The notes under the pieces are model-generated. The model searched no databases. It was not told the origin of the DNA and saw nothing but the letters and a program-made list of their open reading frames with translations. A DNA stretch of 30,117 nt from Octopus sinensis (taxonomy: Eukaryota), in assembly GCF_006345805.1 (NCBI RefSeq), contig NW_021832701.1, positions 1-30,117 on the forward strand, given 5' to 3'. This document shows, piece after piece, positions 9,736 to 19,074 of the stretch; position 1 is the stretch's first letter; each line of letters begins with the position of its first letter. Made by a program: the position numbers and the translations under genes.

Positions 9736-10255
9736 ATACACACTAAGGCAATTTATAGAATGTGTATATGTCGTCTCGTGCGAAATTTTGTGTAACGATA
9801 TATATGAAAATTGCATGAATGTATATTTGAGGTTTAGTGTAAATTTGAGTGTATATGAGAAAGCTGTATGTTATATAATAGCATCCTTTATTTTTTCTAA
9901 ATATTTGAATTATTGCTATAAAGAAGTGACTTTCTTGTAAAAGACCGACAACTCTCCATCGCGGAAATCTTAATAACTTCAGTGGGAAAAAGATACGTGC
10001 TGAACTTCTGAAATATCTTGCATATTTCCATTGTTCCGCGTATAGATTATAACTGCAAAGTGCAAATAGGTATGTATGTATGTATGTATAAACGTATATA
10101 TGTATGCATGTGTGCGCGCGTGCGTTACTCATCTTGATTACAATGTAAATAGACACACATATACGTATATCTATCTATTTAATAAAATGATCGATGTATT
10201 ATTCCACTTATTTAAAAAAATAAAAAAATACATTTTCCAATATCCACATTGTCTC

Positions 10256-10257
<2 letters not shown>

Positions 10258-10318
<61 letters not shown>

Positions 10319-10329
10319 CATCATCATTA

Positions 10330-10371
<42 letters not shown>

Positions 10372-10372
10372 T
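10258..10372. repeat. (TTA)n trinucleotide repeat
   Basis: Seen directly. It gives the poly-Tyr ORF artefact. Confidence 0.95.
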
Positions 10373-10389
10373 ATTTGTACTTTTATTAT

Positions 10390-10560
10390 TATTGGCATTT
10401 TGCCCGTCGCTAGGTTCTCAGTTCAAATTCTGTCGAGGTCGACTTTGCCTTTCATCAATTCAGGGTCAATAAAATAGGTACCAGTCGAGTACTGAGGTCG
10501 ATGTAATCTACTTATACCTCTCCCTCGAATCCTGCTGGCCTTGTGCGAGAATTTGAAACT
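10390..10560 (+). mobile_element. 5'-truncated SINE-A, tail type 2
   Basis: TCAGTTCAAATTCTGTCGAGGTCGACTTTGCCTTTCATC...GCTGGCCTTGTGCGAGAATTTGAAACT followed by an (ATT)n tail. Confidence 0.85.
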
Positions 10561-10727
10561 ATTATTATTATTATTATTATCATCATCATCATCGTCATCA
10601 TCTTCATAGTTGTCAACGTCATCATCATCGTCGTGGTCGTCGGGGTCGCTGCGGTCGTCGTCTTTATCATCATCATCACCTTCACCACCACCATCATCAT
10701 CATCATCATCATCATCACCACCACTAC

Positions 10728-10778
<51 letters not shown>
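10561..10778. repeat. (ATT)n grading into (CAT)n trinucleotide repeat
   Basis: Seen directly. It gives poly-Ile, poly-Ser and poly-Met ORF artefacts. Confidence 0.95.
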
Positions 10779-10836
10779 TTATATCGTTTGCCTCTGGTTA
10801 CATGTCTTCATTTCCATTGTTTCTCATGATTGACCA

Positions 10837-11003
10837 CCGTATTTATTCGTGTATATAAGCCACTCCCCCCCATGATTTGGTCTTAAAAGTTGGGCCAAAT
10901 TCCCTTCATTGCATTAGCTTTACCTCTTGCTCAAATCTCGTCCCAGTTTTATCAGTGAAAAATCAAATATAAATCAATGCGTGTTATACACGAGTAAATA
11001 CGA
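10837..11003. mobile_element. Short Tc2/pogo-type MITE (167 bp)
   Basis: The left TIR CCGTATTTATTCGTGTATA and the right end TATACACGAGTAAATACGA are inverted repeats. The right flank is TA and the left flank is CA (a possibly mutated TA). Confidence 0.65.
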
Positions 11004-11599
11004 TATTTTTATTTCTTTTTTCCAATCCTTTTTTTATTTTCCATCATTGTCGTTGCTATTCGTTATCGTTCAATATTGCTATTTGCTTTGTTTGAGAAGT
11101 GATCTTTGTGGAGGGAGAGGGCCTGTTTCGAACTTTGCTCCCTTCTTTAAGACAGTGAAATTGTTTTGCTTCAGTTAGTGTACATGGTGTATTGGCAGAA
11201 AAGAAAGAAGTCGGTGGATGGCCGACAGCATTAGCTTTACCTCTGCTTCTATCTGCTCAGCATCACCATCATCTTCAGCAATTATAGTAGCATCAGACAA
11301 GCAAAAAGTATAGAGGGCGCCAGCAGCAGCGGTAGTAGAAGCAGCAACAGCAGTAGTAGTAGTATCAGCAGTAGCAGTGGTAGCAATTATGTGGTTGATT
11401 ACATGAACAAAAAGAAAATCTCCTTTCTTCTGATCAGGAACATCGTTGCTAATACTACTACGGTCTTCAACAGCATTATACGAAGAGTTTGTACAACGAA
11501 CCTGTAACTACAAAGAAAATACTGACAGCAAAAACACATCCAGAAACAACACTGCCAATACTCGGCACAAAATCTACTGACACTAACAGCGCCAGCACC

Positions 11600-12095
11600 A
11601 ATAACACTGGCAGTATCCACAACACTGCTAACACCAACACTGTCAACAATAGAACAACACTGCCGACAACGGAACAACACTGTTTACATATAAAAAAAAT
11701 ATTGCCGAGAAAAACAACACTGCCTGCATAAAAAACACTGCCTGCATAAAAAACACTGCCGACAACAGATCCACACTGCCAGCATAAAATAACACTGCCG
11801 ACAACAGAACAACACTGCCTGCATAAAAAAAGAAGAAAACACTGTCACTGTCAACAACAGAACAACACTGCCTGCATAAAAAAACACTGCTGACAACAGA
11901 ACAACACTGCAGACAATAGATCAACACTGCCTGCATAAAATAACACTGCCGATAACAGAACAACACTGCCTGCATAAAAAAAGAAGAAAACACTGTCACT
12001 GTCAACAACAGAACAACACTGCCCACATAAAAACACTGCCGACAACAGAACAACATTGCCTGCATAAAAAGACACTGCCGACAACGCTGTTAACA
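11600..12095. repeat. Complex minisatellite built on AACAACACTGCCTGCATAAAA / AACACTGCCGACAACAG units
   Basis: Seen directly. A higher-order block of about 150 bp is repeated (about 11791-11940 and 11942-12090). Confidence 0.9.
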
Positions 12096-12304
12096 ATAAG
12101 TATTGCTTGCGTCAGTTACACTGCCAACATCGATAACAACAAAAAAACCAACACTGCCATTATCAACAACACCGCGAACACGGGCACCACGAACGACACT
12201 GTCGACACCAATAACACTTCCACCGTTAACACTGACACTATCCACTTTCATATTGTCAACTAGGAAAGCACTGTCAGCTCCAGCAACATTAAAAAAAAGA
12301 TCAA

Positions 12305-12490
12305 AGGTCAAACACAGACACACAAACATACGCACACACATATATACATACATATATACGACGGGCTTCTTTCAGTTTCGGCCCGAGGCTATAGTAGAAG
12401 ACACTTGCCGAAGGTGTCACGCAGTGGGAATGAACCCGGAACCATGTGGTTGGTAAGCTAGCTACTTACCACACAGCCACTCCTACGCCT
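12305..12490 (-). mobile_element. SINE-BC head plus linker, with an internal deletion and no tail
   Basis: Reverse complement of AGGCGTAGGAGTGGCTGTGTGGTAAG...GAAACTGAAAGAAGCCCGTCG. It lacks about 30 bp (ACCAAAGCCTTGTGAGTGGATTTGGTAGA) relative to other copies. Confidence 0.88.
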
Positions 12491-12782
12491 ATTGTGTCTA
12501 TTATTAACTGCGATGTTATTCTTCTTCCACTGTTGTAAAGTATTGACTTTTCAAACATTGCTCCTTATGTTAGAATATATTTTCTTACTTTCCAAAGTTC
12601 GTTGTTAGCAAAGTTAAAAGACCATCGTTGGAGGTTAGAAGTGAAGTTCTATTTATGATCCTTTAACATTACATAAGGCTTAATGTTTGATTAAACAAGT
12701 CTACTTTTCGTTTACTTTTAATTTGAATTCTATGGATTTGGCATGGCCGGATTCATTCGTATTTGGGTTTCCTATTCTTTTA

Positions 12783-13213
12783 TTCTTTTACTACTTTCAG
12801 TCATATGACTGCGGCCATGCTGGAGCAGCGCCTTTAGTCGAACTATCTTTTACTTGTTTCTGTCATATGACTGCGGCCATGCTGGAGCAGCACCTTTAGT
12901 CGAACTAATCGACCCCAAGACTTATTCTTTGTAAGCCTAGTACTTATTTTTTCGGTATCTTTTGACGAACCGCTCAGTTACGGGACGTAAGCATACCGGC
13001 ATCGGTTGTCAAGCGATGGTGAGGGGGACAAACTCAGACACACAAACACATACATATATACGACGGGCTTCTTTCAGTTTCCATCTACCAAATCCACTCA
13101 CAAGGCTTTGGTCGGCCTGAGGCTATTGTAGAAGACACATGCCGAAGGTGGGACTGAACCCAGAACCATGTGGTTGGGAGGCAAGCTTCTTACCACACAG
13201 CCACGCCTGCGCC
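12783..13213 (-). mobile_element. Full bipartite SINE-BC with a tandem duplication of its 3'-terminal 62 bp
   Basis: Head at 13062-13213, short linker, tail at 12783-13040. Segments 12783-12845 and 12846-12907 are tandem copies. Confidence 0.92.
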
Positions 13214-13353
13214 TACATTTATTTTTGCGAAACCTTTCTTATTCGGCATTGAATAATACCCGCGCCCTCTTCATCATCAGCAACAGAGATAGTGGCAAGA
13301 ACAGCAGTGAATAGAGCGAACAACCCTCCTCCACACCACCACCACCACCACCA

Positions 13354-13798
13354 TATATATTCATATATATATGAATATATATATATTTATGTATATATAT
13401 ATGTATATATATGTATATATATATACATGTATATGTATATATGTATAAATATATATGAATATATATATATGTATGTATATATGTATATATAAACATATGT
13501 ACATATATATACATTCGTACATATATAATATACATGTATGCATACATATATATACATATGTATATATATGTATATGTATATATGTTTATATATGTATATA
13601 TATATATGAGTGTATATACATGTGCATATATGTACATAAAAACCTTCATATATATGCATATATACACACGTACACACACAGATATACATTTATGTAGATA
13701 TATGTATTTTACATACATACGCACACATATATAACGCATACTTAAATACAAAGACACATATATTCATGTTTGTGTATGCGTGCCTGTGTTTGTTTGTT

Positions 13799-13832
<34 letters not shown>

Positions 13833-13860
13833 CGTGTGAATGTGTGTGTGTCTGTGTATA
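13354..13860. repeat. Long compound (TA)/(TATG)/(TG) microsatellite
   Basis: Seen directly in the sequence. Confidence 0.93.
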
Positions 13861-13862
13861 AG

Positions 13863-14520
13863 ATGAAAAATATCCCAGTACATATCTTAAGAAGCTTATC
13901 ACAAAAGCGAAAGACGTCATAAAAAGACTGAGTCGGAAAGCTTACTTTTATGCGAACAGCCGTGCAGATTTACCACTAGAAGAACTGTTGGGTATAAAAA
14001 CTAATAATACGCGGTAATTGCCCAGCGTGGATAAAGGAACTTCGGTGTTTTGATGCGGAATTACTTGAGATGATCAACGAAATAAGTTTAAAGAATATAG
14101 AATACGTAGCACAAATACAAACCAAACACAAGAACAATTAATAAGTCTAACAATATTTTTTAATCTTTTCCGATGAAACCAAAAACCTGTACGAAATAGA
14201 TAGCTACACTCTCATGTAATATTACACAGAAAATAAAATACAGAAAAGCAGTTAAAAATACCACCAAAGAGATTATTAGCGAGGTCATGTCCATAGCATC
14301 GAGCCTAAAATTAGACATGGAACTACAATGTTTAGGCGAAAGCGATGTCTATATAACGCTAAAAGATCATAAGGAAAACTGCACCTCTGCTTCCCAGCGT
14401 TGGATTATTAATTTCTTTAGGAGCGAACTCGGAAAAGTATGAAAGTATATTTCAGCATTAAGATATATATTAGGAAATTCAGTTCTTTGCGACACAAGAA
14501 TACATGGCTTAGAATACATG
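13863..14520 (+). pseudogene. Decayed Penelope-like element (PLE) ORF, N-terminal/RT-proximal part
   Basis: Manual translation across frameshifts gives MKNIPV / TYLKKLITKAKDVIKRLSRKAYFY / ELRCFDAELLEMINEI / SDETKNLYEID / VYITLKDHKEN (from about 14347) ... SELGKV (14422-14439). These motifs are in the order I recall from invertebrate PLE ORFs (KNIP, LI..V..V.KRMRWKA.F, DKT.NLY, ITLKDHK.NF, SELGK.SK). There are several stops. Confidence 0.75.
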
Positions 14521-14790
14521 AAGACGAATGGCTTAGTGGTTAGGGTGTTGCACTTACGCTGCCCAGACTGGTCATTGCGTTGTGATTGTGAATAAATCAC
14601 TTCATCTTACGTTGCACTGCGATCGTTTCGTCATCTGACATATGGCACGTCGTGTTCCTGTACAGGTCACGTGGATTTGATGGAGAGAGTAAACATTTGA
14701 ACGCTATGAACAAATCATCTGAATGGCTGTTCGGCAAGAAATTACAGAACCCTCATACGTCGTCTAATGACGGGAGAGTCCTTGATGATG
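14521..14790 (+). mobile_element. SINE-D with an internal deletion, ending in (GAT)n
   Basis: TGGCTTAGTGGTTAGGGTGTTG A-box and GCGTTGTGATTGTGAATAAATCACTTCAT body, related to 7540-7710. Confidence 0.65.
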
Positions 14791-14857
14791 ATGATGGTAA
14801 TGATTATGATATATATATATATATGTATAGAGTGTTAAGTGTGATGTACAGAGTTGA

Positions 14858-15037
14858 ATATTGAGAAAAATGTCGTCAGAATATTGGGGAAAGATGCTTT
14901 TATTTCTTCATTATTTTAGCGCTTTCGTTCCTCTCTGGAACTTGTCAAATACAATTTCTCGAGAGGAACGAAACCGCTAATAATAATGAAGAAATAAAAG
15001 GATTTTCCCCCCCAAAATTCTGACTTTTTCTCAATAT
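14858..15037. repeat. 180-bp imperfect palindrome (arms about 78 bp, loop about 25 bp) next to (TA)n
   Basis: CTTTTATTTCTTCATTATT.TAGCG.TTTCGTTCCTCTC pairs with GAGAGGAACGAAACCGCTAATAATAATGAAGAAATAAAAG. The outer arms are ATATTGAGAAAAA / TTTTTCTCAATAT. Confidence 0.9.
14912..14952 (-). ncRNA. Degenerate minimal type I hammerhead-like motif
   Basis: The reverse strand reads UUGACAA (CUGACGA with 2 changes) - GUUCC AGAGA GGAAC (stem II) - GAAA - GCGC - UA. Stem I is poorly formed. Confidence 0.45.
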
Positions 15038-15045
15038 GTATATGT

Positions 15046-15099
<54 letters not shown>

Positions 15100-15103
<4 letters not shown>

Positions 15104-15325
15104 CCTCCCCCGACCCCTACTTCTCTTCAGTCCTCATCCTTTCACCCCTACTCTCTTTCCCTCCTCTTCCCTTCTTCCCTCTTTCCTTCTTCCCTCTTCC
15201 CCTTCCCTCTTTCTCTCTGCTCCCTCACTCCACTTCTCTCTCCCCCTCTCTATCCTCTATCCTCCTCTCCCTCCTCTTCTCCCCTCCTCTTCTCCTCTCC
15301 TTCCTTCTCCCCTTCCCCCTCCTCT
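15100..15325. repeat. Polypyrimidine (CT-rich) low-complexity tract
   Basis: Seen directly in the sequence. Confidence 0.9.
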
Positions 15326-15389
15326 TGAGCACTGGGGTAATATTTTTTACTGAACGACCTGTCAATATAGCAGGGTCTTAGAACGTGCA

Positions 15390-15545
15390 GCTTTAAAGAA
15401 TACTCAAAGGCGTTATAAATTATGAGCAATGAAACAACAACAAAAACGCAACTGCATGCGAAATATCATTTGGTTTAGACTAATTTTCAACATCAACAGT
15501 CATAAAGGTAAGATTTTCCCAAATTTAATTTCGAAATATTTCTCA
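15390..15545 (+). pseudogene. Decayed PLE ORF remnant, region between RT and GIY-YIG
   Basis: 15459-15542 translates as RNIIWFRLIFNINSHKGKIFPNLISKYF. This resembles the PLE motif R.IIWFNPP.S..V.TNIG..FL.LI.KHF (from memory). Confidence 0.5.
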
Positions 15546-15647
15546 ATCGCTGCAATCATCTTCGCTGCGTCAGTCATTTAACCACCAAAATACGTAAATG
15601 GATTGTTTTTCTGACGTTGATAGCCTTATTTCAAATAGTTCTTTCTA

Positions 15648-15838
15648 CTCTGGCACAAAACCCTAATTTTTGGGGGCGGGATTAGAGGCTTGTTGATGAC
15701 ATCAACCTCAGTGCTGAACTGCTACTTATTTTATCGATTGAAAAGCAAAATCAACTTCGGCCGAATTTGAACTCAGGACGTAAAAACGGAAGAAATTCCG
15801 CTAAGAATTTTGTCCGACGTGTTAACGATTCTACCAGC
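15648..15838 (-). mobile_element. SINE-A, tail type 2
   Basis: GAATTTGAACTCAGGACGTAAAAACGGAAGAAATTCCGCTAAG...TAACGATTCTACCAGC is the reverse complement of the SINE-A head. Confidence 0.85.
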
Positions 15839-16649
15839 AAATAATCATACTAAAGAATAACGTTCATGAAGCAACCACGCATCTAATATTAACGTAAACA
15901 ACTCTATAATGCTCAGGTATTAATGCAGTCATCTACCCTTTAAAAAATTATGACAAGGGAGATAACTATAATGAATTAGATGACTGTAAAATTGTCGAGT
16001 TATTCCCCTTTACAGTAAATCTAATGCTAATGAAACTGTGTAGCTGGTGCCATTTCTCTCCACCAACTTTCAGAGAAAACCAAATGATACATAGGTGTGT
16101 GTGAGGGAACATTTAAGTTACGCAAATCACAAATCTAAAATCTAATTTTAAATTCGCAATTTGGAGGAACACCGCAACTCTTTCAATCTACGTGTAGCAA
16201 CTAATAGCTATGCACACTAATTCTGAAATAACGTGGGCCCAATTAGTTTACATCAACAAATACATTAACGGAAAAACATTGTGACAATTTTATTACGCGG
16301 AAAATCTCCAAATATTAATTAAAACAACATTCATAATGAACAGAAAGAACAAATCAATATATAAATATCTTTTTAACCAAAAAGCGACCTCGACTCAAAA
16401 AGATCCGTCAGCCATCAATCGTCTAGGACTTGAATACCTGACACCTTACATGAGTTATCGAAACAGTTTCATCTTCCAAGCGTACCGAATATCTCGTCCA
16501 CCAACTTCTTTTTCTCTGGAGAGAGTAAAACTTTCAACAACGATGTAAAGTGGCCTGAACTAATATGGACCATAACTCTCATTACTCTCTCACGGAAGTT
16601 ATTTTGTAAGCAAAAAAATTAGCAAATATAACGCATGACCATAAACATA

Positions 16650-16974
16650 CACAACCATATACATACATACATACGCATACACACACACACACACCACACA
16701 CACACACACATATATATAATATATATATATATGTACTTATGTCGAAGCACGCACAGCTATAAATAATAGCGTGTAAATATTAGGTTGAAAAACCCTTCTG
16801 GGAAGAAAATGACAGAGGTTGCTCGTGAGACATTTTTTTATAGCTTTATGCGTGTGCTGCGAGATATTCCCCCCAAAGGAATTAGTTCACGGTCACTCGA
16901 AAGTTTATAAAATTCTTGGCCTCAACAAAGAAACACACACACCACACTCACACATATATATATATCTGTATATA

Positions 16975-17026
<52 letters not shown>

Positions 17027-17055
17027 TATATACATATATGTGTGTGTGTGTGTAT
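16650..17055. repeat. Two (CA)/(TA) microsatellite tracts (16650-16735, 16935-17055)
   Basis: Seen directly in the sequence. Confidence 0.9.
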
Positions 17056-17119
17056 TACAGGTTAAGCCAATGAACTGTAGTCATTCTATGACGCCACTTA
17101 CATGGATTTTGAATATAAC

Positions 17120-17450
17120 CATTTGTCATTAGTACATGCACAAACAGTGCAGCTAATGGTACTCTTTCTCTCTGGGGGAACATTAATACTAAGGGGAGAC
17201 CCTCAAGGAACTGTACTGGAACCACTGCTGTTTGTGGCGGTTCTAGTCATACAGTTAGCCACTCTCACCACCTATGCTGATGACACAAATGCATCACAAA
17301 CAATCAAAGGCTATGAAGATATTGCAAAAGTACAGAAATATTTGGACGCAATATACAAGTGACCTGAAGGAACGAATATGCAGCTCACTGCTGATAACTT
17401 TCAATAACTCCTTTATCGATTCACAATAAACCATAAAGAAAGAATTCTTG
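17120..17450 (+). pseudogene. CR1/L2-type LINE reverse transcriptase remnant (may extend, decayed, to about 17880)
   Basis: GDPQGTVLEPLLF (from 17195, matching GVPQGTVLGPLLF), YADDT (from 17273), then D...VQKYLDAIYK*...NMQ, in the order of RT domains 4-6. Confidence 0.8.
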
Positions 17451-17882
17451 TTCAGATTATGAAATAATCTCTCTATGAAATTGACTATTTCGTAAACTTA
17501 ACCGAGAAGAAACAACGACATTTCAGAAATATAATTGAAAAACTGAAGATTAAATATAAACTCAATGGTGTTTCTTTCTACTAAACTGTGAGGTGTTCGC
17601 CAATAGGCAATGTCTTGAGTATACTGGTAGCTCTGTTGGAAACTATTATTGCATGACTTAAAGAGAAGAAAATACCCTGTCATCAACTGCAAAACACCGA
17701 AACGAATGCAACAACTGATTTAATGATTCATCGACAAACTATCAACTTGTTTCTCCGAGGGAAATCTATGATTGTTTATGATTTTACTCAAACTTTAAGA
17801 ACTTTAAGAATATATGAGGAATTTTACAATGAAACATATTGTCAAGAGACTTCAATCAGTTTCCCAATCATTGTAGGAGAAG

Positions 17883-17940
17883 AGCTGTAGTTTAGTGGTT
17901 AGGGTTCTCGGCAGGTTGTGACCTCGAGCAAGATACTATA
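17883..17940 (+). mobile_element. SINE-D fragment
   Basis: GTAGTTTAGTGGTTAGGGTTCTCGGC...CCTCGAGCAAGATACT. Confidence 0.5.
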
Positions 17941-17944
17941 TGTG

Positions 17945-17964
17945 TATTATGTATTGTATATATA

Positions 17965-18041
<77 letters not shown>

Positions 18042-18060
18042 TATATATATATATATATCT
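17945..18060. repeat. (TA)n microsatellite
   Basis: Seen directly in the sequence. Confidence 0.95.
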
Positions 18061-18154
18061 ATTAATTATTAGAGACGAAACCACTATTTTGCAAACAAAA
18101 CAAGGAAAGACTTAATCAATACATACAATTTTAATAAAAAGTCAAAAAAAACCG

Positions 18155-18197
18155 CCACTACAATTGTTTCTTGTCTTGATCGACAATCTTCAGGTGG
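18155..18197 (-). ncRNA. Minimal type I hammerhead ribozyme (left arm, minus strand)
   Basis: Exact reverse complement of 18244-18286: CCAC-CUGAAGA-UUGUC GAUCAA GACAA-GAAA-C AAUU G-UA-GUGG. Confidence 0.85.
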
Positions 18198-18243
18198 ACT
18201 TCCAATAAGTCTGTTTCAATTATGAAACTGACTTATTGGAAGT

Positions 18244-18286
18244 CCACCTGAAGATTGTCGATCAAGACAAGAAACAATTGTAGTGG
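18244..18286 (+). ncRNA. Minimal type I hammerhead ribozyme (right arm, plus strand); predicted cleavage after GUA at 18282
   Basis: Stem I is CCAC (18244-47) / GUGG (18283-86). The core is CUGAAGA (18248-54). Stem II is UUGUC/GACAA (5 bp, 6-nt loop), followed by GAAA (18271-74). Stem III is A-U and C-G closing a palindromic AAUU loop, and the triplet is GUA. All conserved core nucleotides are present. Confidence 0.88.
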
Positions 18287-18457
18287 CGGTTTTTTTGACT
18301 TTTTTTAAAATTTTATGTATTGATTAAGTCTTTCCTTGTTTGTTTTGCAAAATAGTGGTTTTGTCTCTAATAATATTATAATATTTTACTATAAAATTGG
18401 ATTAATCCTAAATCTGATTTTTTCCCTGTAAATTTGGATTTATTCCCTAATATTTAT

Positions 18458-18460
<3 letters not shown>

Positions 18461-18522
<62 letters not shown>

Positions 18523-18535
18523 TACATATATACAA
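18461..18535. repeat. (TA)n microsatellite
   Basis: Seen directly in the sequence. Confidence 0.95.
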
Positions 18536-18540
18536 TAATT

Positions 18541-18935
18541 TTATCCTATAATTATAATAAAGATTAGTGTTCATTTCCGGATTCTATCACTCTGTGAAAG
18601 TTTCTAGTTCGAATCACACGTGTCTCGAGGTGCGCCGAAGATTTTTTCTATTTTGGATATATTTGGGGTACTTAAGTCTGCTCGGGACTTAGTGCTTGCT
18701 TTTTCTTGGGTATGAGTAAGTATTTCATTTATATCTCACGTATTTGCCGCTGAAGAGGGGAAAATTTCTTAGGAATTAACCCCGAAATTGGACCAATACG
18801 GTAATAACGAATTCTTTAGAGATTTCTATCGGTTTATTTCGAGACGCATAAATTTTAATGGTTATCGACAAAATTTTTTTTTGTTTCGGCATATTTGGCA
18901 TTAGAATTTTTCTTCTGCCCTTATCTTGTAAATTA
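18541..18935 (+). mobile_element. About 390-bp non-coding module with an internal HHR, flanked by (TA)n on both sides (PLE terminal repeat or retrozyme-like)
   Basis: A non-repetitive segment between two (TA)n tracts. It contains the HHR at 18744-18804 and has no meaningful ORF. Mobile status is inferred. Confidence 0.55.
18744..18804 (+). ncRNA. Type I hammerhead ribozyme; predicted cleavage after AUA at 18798
   Basis: Stem I is UUGCCG (18744-49) / CGGUAA (18799-804), 6 bp with one G-U. The core is CUGAAGA (18750-56). Stem II is GGGG/CCCC (18757-60/18780-83), extended by an AAUUUC/GGAAUU-type inner hairpin, then GAAA (18784-87). Stem III is UUGG-A-CCAA (near-palindromic), then UA. Confidence 0.85.
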
Positions 18936-18958
18936 TGTATACATATATACATATATAC

Positions 18959-19010
<52 letters not shown>

Positions 19011-19070
19011 CACATATATATGTTTGCGTATACGTATGTAAGAATGTATGTATCTATCTCTCCCTCTCCC
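18935..19070. repeat. (TA)n/(TATG)n microsatellite
   Basis: Seen directly in the sequence. Confidence 0.92.
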
Positions 19071-19074
19071 TCTT

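Larger units (their letters stand above)
18066..18460. mobile_element. PLE-type inverted terminal-repeat module: 308-bp near-perfect palindrome (18066-18373) plus about 85 bp of single-copy extension, flanked by (TA)n
   Basis: Arms 18066-18218 and 18223-18373 are reverse complements with only about 6 differences, and the inner 65 bp or so are identical. The loop is 4 nt (ATTA). Each arm carries an HHR. The PLE assignment is inferred from the known association of minimal HHRs and inverted pLTRs with Penelope-like elements. Confidence 0.75.

Noticed and set aside
11600-12095. CRISPR-like array
   Set aside because: The context is eukaryotic, and the units are directly adjacent degenerate repeats without unique spacers.
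16320-16600. Possible LINE (RTE-like) 3' remnant
   Set aside because: No motif could be aligned convincingly.
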